Assembly: GCA_043228905.1 (NCBI GenBank)
Contig: JBHGNT010000001.1
Span: 29,760,001 to 29,824,000 of the forward strand
DNA length: 64,000 nt
Source: Azolla caroliniana
Taxonomy: Eukaryota; Plantae; Polypodiophyta
Reading direction: 5' to 3'
Part shown: one piece after another, positions 13,493-24,607 of the stretch
Layout of the letters: the number at the start of each line of letters is the position of its first letter
How positions within the stretch are numbered: position 1 is the stretch's first letter
Translations under genes and position numbers: made by a program
Notes under the pieces: generated by a model
What the model was told of the DNA's origin: nothing
What the model saw: only the letters and a program-made list of their open reading frames with translations
The model's database searches: none

Positions 13493-15157
13493 TTATGGCT
13501 CATCCGGAGATGATGGCAAGATGCGACCACAATTCTTGCAACAATCAACATTTGAGTCCCTTGATCTAAAGGTCAAGGCATCGCAATGCAAGCATCGCAT
13601 TTTATCTGTCGCACATATTGGCAACCGCCTCCTAGCTCGACTTGCGCCTCTTTGCATTTTTCCTGTGTGTGCCTTGGAAGTGTTTGGGGAGCTGCCAATA
13701 AGATCTTGTGAAATGTTGATTGATGCTCCCCTTTTTGCACCAATTGCTTGCTTACGCCCTATGGATCCACGGTCTTCTTCGTTAGTTGGTTTCGGTGCAC
13801 CTGTGTGATACACCAATGTCTCACTTGTTTCTTGAATGGACTCCATACATGCCAAAATTGTTGCACAATCGAGGGATTGTAACCCTTGCTTAAAACATTG
13901 AATAGCCCCCTCAAGCGTTTGTAATTTCGACAAACATTCCTCCACTCGTGATGTTATAGGGTTTGTCTCCTCGACTGGTTCTACCTCTGTCTCCATTTCC
14001 GTCTCTGTGAAATGGTCATTGCGCATATAGGTTGCATGATCTATAAAAGGCAATGACCCACATAGATGTGGCATGTGCCTCTCAATAATCATCCTGATGC
14101 CAAGTATATGCTTACATTTACTCGCAGGGTCGTGGCAATCACAATATGAACATTGGAGCGATACATTATACCATACATCCGGTTTTGTCAAGCTCAATAT
14201 TTTAAACCAATATCGAGGCTCGTCCACAATATGCATTGTCGCATTATTAGTTTCATACCTCTCTAGTAGCCTTTCGGCCTCTTTAAGTCTAGTTGTTTGA
14301 TCCCTACAATTTGCACGTGGTGCAAATCTACCACTCTCACATATTTCTTGTCGTTGCTTGTACCATTCAATAACAGTACCCCCGATGCAAGTGCCAGTTT
14401 GACTGTCCCCGATTAAAACATGCACAAGATCGGTAATTGATCGGTTTATCCTCCCTCTTAAGGCAGTATATTTGATAAACTGCCAATGTCTCTCCACAAG
14501 ATTGGTAGTGTCAACATGTCCGTAGTTGAACATTCTACCAAATTTGGGCCACAGTTTCCTCCACACACATGTCAAGCCACACCATCCTCCTTCTATATAT
14601 TGCCAAACACCTGGCTTGTTTGCATATTCTACCTTTAAGTCCTCACATTGGGCATTGAATGTGGATTCCGTAATGCATTGCATGAGTTGGCACATCCGAT
14701 TATAAAGGTGGTTTCTCTCACTTGCACTTACCTTTGGCAACAAGTTGTCCAACCATGCTTTTTTTGCATGGAAGTGACACAACAAAAGTCGACAATGTGT
14801 TTGCGACCTTTGCCCATTTGTAACTATCCAAGATAATCGGTCTGTTGCAACCACATTACTTATGGCATTATACGATGTCCAACTTTTATCGATGACTATG
14901 GCATTTGGCCTCACATTGGGCATCCGTGCAAATATGACTCTCAAGCAAGTTTCTAAAGCTACTTGCTCATGGTTAGACCCCTTATCAGAACTACATATCA
15001 TGTACCATAATGGGATACCAACTCCCATGGCATTTGGAGCCACAACTGCATATAATGGCAAGCCAAATTGGTTTGTTTTAAACGTGGAGTCGATTGCCCA
15101 AGAGTTGTTTATCGACAGTCGCTCACACATCTCTAACATCCATTCATCTTGGAGCAC
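13493..15157 (-). CDS. MULE/MuDR-family DDE transposase with SWIM zinc finger and C-terminal Cys cluster; N-terminus out of frame with the upstream ORF
   Basis: WAIDSTFKTNQFGLPLYAVV (D1), AIVIDKSW (D2), LLLCHFHAKKAW (CxxH), TTNLVERHWQFIK (E), CDCHDPASKCKH (SWIM), CLHC...CKNC. Confidence 0.9.
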   Translation of the reverse strand: MLQDEWMLEMCERLSINNSWAIDSTFKTNQFGLPLYAVVAPNAMGVGIPLWYMICSSDKGSNHEQVALETCLRVIFARMPNVRPNAIVIDKSWTSYNAISNVVATDRLSWIVTNGQRSQTHCRLLLCHFHAKKAWLDNLLPKVSASERNHLYNRMCQLMQCITESTFNAQCEDLKVEYANKPGVWQYIEGGWCGLTCVWRKLWPKFGRMFNYGHVDTTNLVERHWQFIKYTALRGRINRSITDLVHVLIGDSQTGTCIGGTVIEWYKQRQEICESGRFAPRANCRDQTTRLKEAERLLERYETNNATMHIVDEPRYWFKILSLTKPDVWYNVSLQCSYCDCHDPASKCKHILGIRMIIERHMPHLCGSLPFIDHATYMRNDHFTETEMETEVEPVEETNPITSRVEECLSKLQTLEGAIQCFKQGLQSLDCATILACMESIQETSETLVYHTGAPKPTNEEDRGSIGRKQAIGAKRGASINISQDLIGSSPNTSKAHTGKMQRGASRARRRLPICATDKMRCLHCDALTFRSRDSNVDCCKNCGRILPSSPDEP

Positions 15158-15837
15158 CTCAATTGAACATCTATCAACGTATCATCAACCCTATGTGCCT
15201 CTATCTTGATCACTTCTATGGGTCTAGACTTTTTATATTTCACGACACTTGTCCCCTCCATGTCAGATGGAGTTAACCTCGACACAACTTGACAACCGCA
15301 TTGGTCAATCACTGCTTTCACATACGCACTAGGGATCCCATAGTCACGAAGGTCATTGGACCAATTTCTCTTTAATTCTGTCAGAGTACCTGTCAAAGAA
15401 CGGTGCGATGCGCCACAATGTGACGCCAATACTATCTCCCTCCATTTCTCTACGTGCGTAATCTGAAGATGAGGCGATGCCTTAAGGTGTATTGCATTCT
15501 CATTCATAAGCGTGAGACGACTCTTCATGCGCCTCCATGCATGTAAATTAAGAGGTGCCCCCCTTGCGAGTGTGCTTAATATTTCAAATGTTACCGTAAC
15601 TTGACCTAATAAATCTTTAAGCATTAAATCGTACATACCTCTAGTGAACGCAATATACCTCGCCGAACAATACATGAAGGGATCAACCTCCTCCGCCTCT
15701 TCTTCGGATGAAGCCGACTCATAGTCTTCGGATGTAGACGAATCCAAGTCATCGTCGATGGTTGCGGAGTATGGTGATGCATAACCATCCTCAGAATCAT
15801 ACAAGGACGTGATTAAATCTATTTCGTTGGGATTCAT
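15133..15837 (-). CDS. Probable N-terminal part of the transposase gene: acidic N-terminus plus integrase-type H2C2 zinc-binding-like motif
   Basis: ATG-initiated 234-aa ORF overlapping the transposase ORF by 25 nt in another frame. Contains EIVLASHCGASHRSLTGTLTELKRNW...IPSAYVKAVIDQCGCQ. Confidence 0.6.
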   Translation of the reverse strand: MNPNEIDLITSLYDSEDGYASPYSATIDDDLDSSTSEDYESASSEEEAEEVDPFMYCSARYIAFTRGMYDLMLKDLLGQVTVTFEILSTLARGAPLNLHAWRRMKSRLTLMNENAIHLKASPHLQITHVEKWREIVLASHCGASHRSLTGTLTELKRNWSNDLRDYGIPSAYVKAVIDQCGCQVVSRLTPSDMEGTSVVKYKKSRPIEVIKIEAHRVDDTLIDVQLRCSKMNGC

Positions 15838-15844
15838 CTCGAAT

Positions 15845-16325
15845 GAATCTAACTAATCTGATTAAGAATCTAACTAATCTGGTTATAAGAATCTAACTAA
15901 TCTGATTATAACTGATTAAGAATCCCCCTAATATGATTAAGACTCTAACTAATCTTATTAAGAATCTAACTAATGTGATTAAGAATCCCCCTAATCTGAT
16001 TAAGAATCTAACTAATCTTATTAAGAATCTACAAAATCTGATTATAACTGATTAAGAATCTAACTAAGATGATTAAGAATCTAACTAAGATGATTAAGAA
16101 TCTAACTAATCTTATTAAGAATCCCCCTAATCTGATTAAGAATCTAACTAATCTTATTAAGAATCTACAAAATCTGATTATAACTGATTAAGAATCTAAC
16201 TAAGATGATTAAGAATCTAACTAATTTGATTAAGAATCCCCCTAATCTGATTAAGAATCTAACTAATCTTATTAAGAATCTAACTAATCTGATTATAACT
16301 GATTAAGAATATAACTAATCCTGAT
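15845..16325. repeat. ~21-bp minisatellite (aatctaactaatctgattaag variants) directly upstream of the transposase ATG
   Basis: About 20 reiterated units, with recurring variants (aatccccctaatctgattaag; ctgattataactgattaag). Confidence 0.95.
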
Positions 16326-16613
16326 TAGCTTTTAGAGATTGTGCAAAATAAGAATGTGATTAAGACGCAGAATGTGATTATAAGACAGATATTGGAGATG
16401 CAATGAGCTATGATTAAAATGACAGAGAATGGTTTAAAGTGACAGAGAATGTGATTAATTTACATGTTAAGATGACCGTTTTTCTGGCCGTTTACATAAC
16501 AGGTTGGGCGACCTGGTTGGGTGACCAAAACAAAAGATAATTAATTTTAAAAGGTTTGGGCAACCTGGTTGGGTGACCAAAACAAAAGATAATTAATTTT
16601 AAAAGGTTTGGGC

Positions 16614-17113
16614 AATACCACAACTTGCGATTGGTTTAAAACCATACATTCAGAACATCCACAATAATTGTTGGGAACAACATTTCCATTAACAAGTAAT
16701 CGCGTTTACAATACCACAACTTGCGATTGGTTTAAAACCATACATTCAGAACATCCACAATAATTGTTTGGAACAACATTTCCATTAACAAGTAATCGCG
16801 TTTACAATACCACAACTTGCGATTGGTTTAAAACCATACATTCAGAACATCCACAATAATTGTTGGGAACAACATTTCCATTAACAAGTAATCGCGTTTA
16901 CAATACCACAACTTGCGATTGGTTTAAAACCATACATTCAGAACATCCACAATAATTGTTGGGAACAACATTTCCATTAACAAGTAATCGCGTTTACAAT
17001 ACCACAACTTGCGATTGGTTTAAAACCATACATTCAGATCATCCACAATATTCAGATTGAGATAAATAATTGTTGTAAACAACATTTCCATTAATAAGTA
17101 ATCGCGATATACA
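16614..17113. repeat. 96-bp tandem repeat, 5 copies, 3' of the Ulp1-like gene
   Basis: The unit aataccacaacttgcgattggtttaaaaccatacattcagaac...aagtaatcgcgtttac starts at 16614, 16710, 16806, 16902 and 16998; the fifth copy has an insertion. Confidence 0.95.
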
Positions 17114-17214
17114 ATGAGTCGATTCTCACTATACAAAATTTTTGGGGATTCCAAAATATAGTTACAACATCAGCTCTATAGCCAAATCTGTGCTGAAAAC
17201 AACATTCCCAAAAT

Positions 17215-19216
17215 TTACAATATGGAGCCACCGGTCGCAGGTGCAAATCCTAATACCGATCGTGCCCACTCGTCCACATGAATCCGAAGTGAATCCACTT
17301 CGCGTTTGGTGAACCACATCTCTGTGCCCTGTAACCAAATATGTATAAGAACACATCTATACACAATCCACATGAACAAGGAATTGCAATTACACTTACA
17401 AAAGTCGAAGATATCCATCCTTGTAAGAACTCCCTCACCAACATTTGGATAGTCTTCATCACATAAAAGCCACAATCCCAACAATTTGGCTGTGTTGGGA
17501 TGTGCAGTACCTGATGTCGACCATTGGGCACAATGGTGTGGTCTGACGGTTCAGATGAAATTGTCCGAATCGCCAACTCTGCCATTCTCCGCATGTTGTC
17601 TGTTGCTGGTCTGTTCAATGGATCGCAGAAGACTACTTTGCTAGTTAGCTTAGAAGCTTGTTGTCGCATGGTGAACCACAAGTTCCAATGCCCATCAAGC
17701 ACGATCGGAATGAACGTAATCTCACATTGCGCAACTTTCTTAAGGATGTCTTGCTCCTTCATTGCCTGCTGGTGTAGCTGCACCCATAGTGGGTCGACGA
17801 TGGTGAAGCGTTCTGTCACCTCGAGTGGCAATGAGTATTCCATCCACAACGTGAATAAGGTCATAGTCCATGTCGATGCCATTTCACGGCTCTTGCATAT
17901 GGTCTCAAGATCTGACTCGGTAACATCAAGGGCCATATCGAGACGTGGGCAAGTTAGCTGGTACCTGAATGCATGGAAATATGTAGTTTTGAGTAGGTAA
18001 ATCACACTCCATGTCAATTAGTAAGATACTAGTTTGTATTTCACTTAAACCCTACCTGGAAAAGTGTTTATTTGGGGTTTGAATCCATAACCTTATGCCC
18101 TTGCCATGTTGAATTTGAACTATGGCCACATCCGATGCAGCGTCATCTGAATCTGATGTTAGGGAAACAACATCAGTGTTTGACTCGACCTCCTTCCGTC
18201 GGATTGGCATTTTCGGTCGTCTCCGTCTCGGTGGAGTGGACACACCACCCTCAGATGGGTTTTGACTCTCATCCACATCCGTGGACACACCCTGCGGTTG
18301 GGTGGATATCCCCGCCTTTTTACACTGTTTCACCACAATAAGACACATCTTATTATCTGAATTTTGCCAATAAACCCTCCAACAATCTGAAATGAAATCC
18401 TCACTCATACTTACATAAGAATCCAAACCAGCTGCTATCTTCTTCGTCAACATCTCCAAACGCTCATCCTTATTGGAGTCGTATATAGTCATCTCTTTGT
18501 CCATAAATCGTGCCACGAACTCTGCCTGTGTGTCAAGACGGAGTTCAGCAGGAATAGAGTTGTATTTCGAAACAACCCTAACCTTCAACTTTCGGATATA
18601 TTTTTGTCGATTTCTGTAGTACTTGATTTCCGGGTCCATGAATCTTTTGAGTGATCTTTGACGCTCATAACTGTTAAAGCATGCCCCCGGAATACCCTCC
18701 TCCTCCTCTATACGCATCCCTCGTGGTAGGACTACGTCTATTGCATGTTCTCTGCGTAAATGTGACTCCATGTCACTTTTTTTCCGATACCACCTTGGCG
18801 AGAGGCGGCAAAACTCAGTGTAGATACATGCACGAGCCTTGTTCCCATTTGCATCTCTTCCAACCTTATACAACAAGTCGGGACAAGGAGCAACTGTTCC
18901 TTCTGCACCTGTGTTACATATTTAAGATTGACATAAAGATTGGCATAAAGATTGAGATATTGCAACGACACCAAATCCACATACCATTTGGAGGAGCATC
19001 TTGGTCCATTTTGTCCCCACTCGTACACATGTCGGCTCCTCGACTTCGCCAATGTCTTCTAACGAAGACCCTTTAACAAATCACGAGTCAACATACATGC
19101 ATCAAACCCTAAACCATTCTTGGGGGAGATTGGTTCGTGACATACCTCTCTTGAGTTGGATATATATCACTGTTATCGAAATCCCACCAATCTTTGTACT
19201 TGGAGTTGGAAGTCAT
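17215..19216 (-). CDS. Transposon-borne six-exon gene: C2H2-like zinc finger and helical/basic region fused to a Ulp1/C48 (SUMO-protease-like) domain
   Basis: Phase-consistent GT-AG splicing: MTSNSKYKDWWDF...QER|VFVRRHW...APPN|GAEGTVAPCPDLLYKVGRD...ACIYTEFC...MESHLRREH...GLDSY|CKKAG...KHFS|RYQLTCPR...FIPIVLDGHWNLWF...VFCDPL...QPNCWDCGFYVMK...SSTF|GTEMWFTKREVDSLR...GSIL*. The H/D/Q/C catalytic set is intact. Confidence 0.8.
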
Positions 19217-19834
19217 CTACCACCATTCAAGTAATCAAACATTTTTTGATTTTAGTACTCAAACACACAAAATATCAAGTTTAAGCAAGCAAATCATTAA
19301 AACCAACAATCAAAATATAGATGATTAAATCAAGTTTAAGCAAGCAAATCTAGTGAACGCAAGATCATAATAAGTTTGATAGGCCTCACCTATAGTGTGG
19401 ATAAGAGTGGTTACATCCTCTTCTAGATTATGCCTTCAAGATACTGGCTGGGATTAGAGTGGCTGGAAATCAACAAAGCCTTGCCTATTAGATCCTATTA
19501 TACTTCACTTATGGTTCGCTTATCTTCTTGTCTATAGTGACTCTAAACCCTAAAGCTTAAACATGTCTATGCATCAATATGGTCCATACAATCTTGCTTG
19601 TTTTCATTATTATTAAGAAGCGATGAATATAACATTGTGGAAGATATAATAACAAGGAGCATACCTGGGAATAGTGATGGAGGAGATCGATTTGTGATGG
19701 AGGAGATCGATTTGTGCAGCCACAGACGATTTGTGATGGAGGAGCTCCCACCTCTTTCCCGGCAAACCCAACCTGTCAATCTCGTTTGAAAAAATGACAG
19801 ATTATGACAGGTTTAGGGCTTTTATAGACATCCC

Positions 19835-20365
19835 TAAAGGAGTCTCCCAACCTGGATAAACAGGTCTCCCAACTGTTTTAAAAATCAACAGTTGGGTGAC
19901 CTGCTTCTTTTATTGAGTTTGTTGGGTGACCAACTCAATATAAACTCTAAAGGAGTCTCCCAACCTGGATAAACAGGTCGCCCAACTGTTTTTAAAATCA
20001 ACAGTTGGGTGACCTGCTTCTTTTATTGAGTTGGTTGGGTGACCAACTCAATATAAACTCTAAAGGAGTCTCCCAACCTGGTTAAACAGGTCACCCAACC
20101 TATTTAAAAATAAACAGTTGGGTGACCTGCTTTTTTTTTTGAGTTGGTTGGGTGACCAAATCAACCAAAAATTTAAAAAAAAAATGGTTGGGAGACCTCT
20201 GACAGGGTTGGGCGACCGCCTGCGCAGCTTTTTTTTTGGCGCCTTCTTCCTCATCCAAATCGGACGGTGCAGATCACACGCGCCTTCTCTGAGCGACCTG
20301 CACCGTCTGTGGCCGCGATTCCCTCACCAGGCCTCTTTATGATTTGTGTCATAATAGACACGTCG
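19835..20365 (-). repeat. Right subterminal 113-bp tandem repeats (about 2.7 copies, motif-rich) and right TIR
   Basis: The unit taaaggagtctcccaacctgg...gttgggtgaccaactcaatataaactc starts at 19835, 19948 and 20061; TIR ~20200-20365. Confidence 0.9.
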
Positions 20366-20874
20366 ATAATGTATGTATGTATGTATAATGTATGTATGTA
20401 TGTACATAGAAGATATTATAGAATCATATATCATATACTATCAAAACATGAAAGCATTACTACCCATATGTATATCCAATTGTGTTGGAATCCCCGATAT
20501 CGTAAAAATTTGAACAATGTCTCCAACTCGTCATTTAGACCATTTTGAACATACTAAGGGAAAAATACCCATTGTTGAGGCCTCAAATAACAATGGGTTA
20601 AAACTTGTCGAATATCTAATAAGTGCTTCCAAATGATATGTGCTATAGGACGTTTACTGAGCCTATGTGTATTGTCCTCCAACGAAATGGTGCAAACGAA
20701 GCACTTACTTCACCCTAGTCCTCGTCTCTTTTAAGGTTGAACCTAATGGTAGCCCACTAATCATGACTTGACTCTCCCCGTATGATTACCTTTGCATGAA
20801 ATGAAAAATGGGAATGCAAACCACATTGCAATATGGTGATAACCCAATATATTGATGCCATTGCATGGTGATAC

Positions 20875-20919
<45 letters not shown>

Positions 20920-21241
20920 GGTGACCTATAACAAGTGTGTACAATGTTGTAACAACCTATCAACCCAAGGCACAACATTTGTTTCCAATGGCAAAGATTC
21001 ATCCAAGAATGGTATATCTTGTAATTCCTCCCAAATAAATCCATAATTTGGGAGAATACATAACCGTCATTTGGCATCTTCAAATTCCAACAAGCTTTGA
21101 GATTCATTATCAACCACATCTTCCAAATCTACAACCCCCAATCAAAATAAACGATTGAATTGAGATCTCGATTTCTCTTTTCCATGCCAATCCAACACTC
21201 AAGAAGAAACGAGCAATTCATTTTGTAATGAACTACAAAGG

Positions 21242-21297
<56 letters not shown>

Positions 21298-21933
21298 TAT
21301 TTATTGCACTACATCTTGGGTTCGAAACCCAATTGTCCCACCTCTCTATTACTCCATAAATATCTCTCTCACTCTCTCATTTTTGTGCGATTTACTTGAT
21401 AGTAGTTCTTGTATCTTACACATATGAGGGGTTGTGCAAGTTACTTAGCATAAGTCAAGACTTTTGCGCAAAAAAATGGGTTACAGCAAATGTAGCAAAG
21501 GCAAAGACAATCGTGATCCAAACACAACATCATATTTATGTCATCTAATTTTTATGGAAAAGACATTGAAGTATTTCTCTCTTTTTAAGTTTTTGGGTTT
21601 TGAAAAAACAACAGGTCATGGGCATGACACGATAATCAAGCATGCACAATATAATCCATTCAAGGATAATTGTGTGCATAAATAGGTGTTCGAACCCTCA
21701 AGTCTAGTGTTGCTCAAACGATGTTATACAACGAATGGGCTAGTTGCATTCACAAACAAGACTCTTCAACGCTTGGTAAAGATGATTACCTACAAAAATC
21801 ATTGTTGAAGCATGGGTAAAAGCATCTTGGATGTGAAATGGAAAAACTTCAAAACAATTGTATGTTACAAGTTATTGAAGGGTGTGAAAATTTACTTGAA
21901 TAAATACTAATATTGAGGAATCCACCAAAACCT

Positions 21934-24607
21934 ATTTATTTATTTATTTATATTTATTTAGTCAAGATTCACCGTGGTATTAATGAAAAGAAACATACAA
22001 TAAATTATAACCCTCCTACCCACATCAATCAACATGTCTAGTAGTGGAAACCCTCATGCATGGTCCTTTCAAGACAAGGGGCAGAAAAAACCATATTGGT
22101 GGAGCATATCTCCAATTTATTCTGTCCCCAAAAAAGGTGAAGACCTCTACCTTTTTCCAATATTCTCGAAATTGTTGTTGGTTGCGAAACACAACATCAA
22201 GCTCGCCATGTATTGCCTCATATTAACCTCTTAGAGTATGTAGGAGCATCAACCATATCTCCTTGACTAACTCAATCACATTCAATTTGACTTTCTGAAA
22301 TACACACTTGCATCTTGCCTTCCATAATATCCAAACTACTAAAGAAGATATCATAGACCAAACATTGTCCTCTTCCAAACAATGGATTGGTGTAGTATAA
22401 GAAGCCTCTAATAAATGTTTTCCATCAGAGAGGAGAAGAAAATCAACATAGTCCCTTTCATAATTCAGTATTTCTTAAACCAACCTTCCCCATCTCACAA
22501 AACTCATGTGTACACATGTTTACAATAAATAGGATACAAAATTCTCAACATTCTTTTCCATGTTGTCCTAGTTATATGACATACCCATAAAACATGGTGA
22601 ACCGTTTCACTTGGAAAACCACAACTGTCACATTTTAAATCATGGCAATGCCCCCTCATCCATTACTTCACAGGAATGTCGTAATGTACCAATAGCCATC
22701 TAAACAAGACAACTTTTCTAGGAATTTGCAAGGCCCATAACCATTTCCAATAAGAATTCAACCAAGAGTGTCGTACATTACCCAAGCTCCAAAATTTAGA
22801 TGTTGTTGGCGTAACAACCGCGCCTCCTTAGCAACTCTATACCCATTTTTACTAAGTACTAAAAAAATGGTATTTGCTGACCTAGCATTCCTTGTGCTGA
22901 TATGCTTTGCCATTTCCATTCGTTGGGATCCCACAAAAGTTTATCAATGGGCTTATTCTCGTAGGCCCACAATTAAAATAAGTTGTTTATATCATTTGGG
23001 TGTGGATTCAACATCCATTTTTTTTTGTTTTTCCACAATATATGAATAGACAACATACTCCCTTGAGTTACAACTTCGTGTTCCATAAGGATAGAATGAA
23101 GCCGTTCAGAATGCAAAACATTGAAATAAAGATAGTCACGAGAGTTTTTATAGCCCTTGCCCCCAACAAGACATGTAAAGATGAAAACATACCATACCAA
23201 TATAGACTACTTTGAGAAGGTTGAAAGGAATACATCATAAACACTAATGATTTTTGCATACATAATGTTTCCACCCCAAATTGTGCGACAAACCTGGGTT
23301 TTGTTTTCCATCGTCGAAGAAGAAAAATTCAACCAATTCCTTACTGATCCAGATTCTCCTTTATCAAAATCAGCCCATTTCAACCTAGTTCTTTTCCCTA
23401 ACATTCCCCCCCTCCTTTGATAAAAGCAATGGGTTCATTATGAGGGGTTGGCACAACCATTCATCCATACATGATGGTAGAGATTGAACCTAGTTATGTT
23501 TCAAATCCCACCATGCCTTCATGATACCCCTAAAAAACTTATTCTGGCGCAAAATAACAAGGGAATGATTAAAATCTCTTAAAAACCACCATTTAACACT
23601 ATATTGCCAGTTGCCACATGTAGAAGGCATAACCTTAACCATTTTGTGCCTTAAGATTTTTTTCCATGGCTCCCCACCTGGCAACAAGCCTCTTATAATA
23701 AATTTTCCCAAAAAGGCCTTGTAATAGAGGATCAATCACTACAAGACCACCCTCGTCCTTTGGAGCTGTAATAACTTTCCAAGATACTTTGGCTCTCACA
23801 TATGAACCATCTTTAGATCCCCAGAGGAAATTTCTAATAAGCCTTTGTACTTGTGATAAAGCCGAATGTGAACACAACCAAGCCAACAAAATGTACCCAC
23901 ATGGAAGCCAACAATACTTGATTGGCAACAACAACCCGACCAGTCAATGACAATTTAGTAGCATTCCAATATAACAATTTCTCCCTTATAGCAAGCAACA
24001 AAGGAGCTACATGATCTTCCGGTGAAAGGTTGATTCCTGCTTGACATCCCAAGTATCTTACAAGTTTACCATGCGGAGTTCATAGAAACCATTCCTGTGG
24101 ACACCACAAGGGGTTTATTGTGGTACTTACACAGAACCCCACCAACTTATTCCAATTAATAACAGTTCCAAAAGCATAGCAAAAAGTATCAATAGCACCC
24201 GTTGTACTCTACACATATTATTGTGAGAACCTTGCAAATACAGGGTTGTATCATCACCAATTTGACAATCCACAACTTGCTCCTTTAACCAAGTTCATTG
24301 TAGTCCTTTTATATTCTGGACATTACTTATAAGAAAACTACTAAAAGTTACTCAAATCATCAAATATAAAAAAGGAGCTAATGGACATCATTGTCTCACT
24401 AACCTCGAATTTGAAAATGCTTGGCCTACCTCTCTAGCTACTAATACCCTACTAATAGTTGAGTTTTAAAGAGTGGATACAACCGTTAGCCATTGATTAG
24501 GGAAACCTAGCTTTTCCATAGTGCCCCACAAAAAAGACCAATCTACCCTATCATAAGCCATTTCAAAATCCAACAACAAGATAGCTAAATTCTCTTTCCT
24601 TTCTTGT
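21934..24607 (-). mobile_element. Degenerate 5'-truncated non-LTR retrotransposon (L1-like RT and C-terminal region)
   Basis: Broken RT peptides LLLDFEMAYDRVDWSFLW, REKLLYWNATKLSLTGRVVVANQVLLASMW and RNFLWG...AKVSW...PKDEGGL. (TAAA)n tail at ~21934-21960. TSD aat(c/t)caccaaaacct at 21919-21933 and 24608-24622. Confidence 0.85.

Larger units (their letters stand above)
12821..20365 (-). mobile_element. Mutator-like (MULE) DNA transposon, ~7.5 kb, with imperfect TIRs and 10-bp TSD ATAATGTATG
   Basis: TSD at 12811-12820 and 20366-20375. The left end caaatcataaagagggctggtgagggaatcacggccacagacggtgcaggtcgc matches the reverse complement of the right end (gcgacctgcaccgtctgtggccgcgattccctcaccaggcctctttatgatttg). 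It contains a MULE transposase and is absent from the paralogous site near 37050-37095. Confidence 0.93.
11104..20986. repeat. Segmental duplication copy A (11104-12820 plus 20366-20986, interrupted by the MULE); paralogous to 35544-37651
   Basis: Long collinear matches, e.g. catccatgacaaaatggagaaaaggaaagttcgcataaattgcggccatccacac, gatggagccagtttagttgagtcaaggttgggttactaatc and aaaatttgaacaatgtctccaactcgtcatttag, are present in both places. Confidence 0.95.

Noticed and set aside
16614-17113. CRISPR-like array
   Set aside because: Units are contiguous and near-identical, with no unique spacers and no cas genes, in a eukaryotic context.
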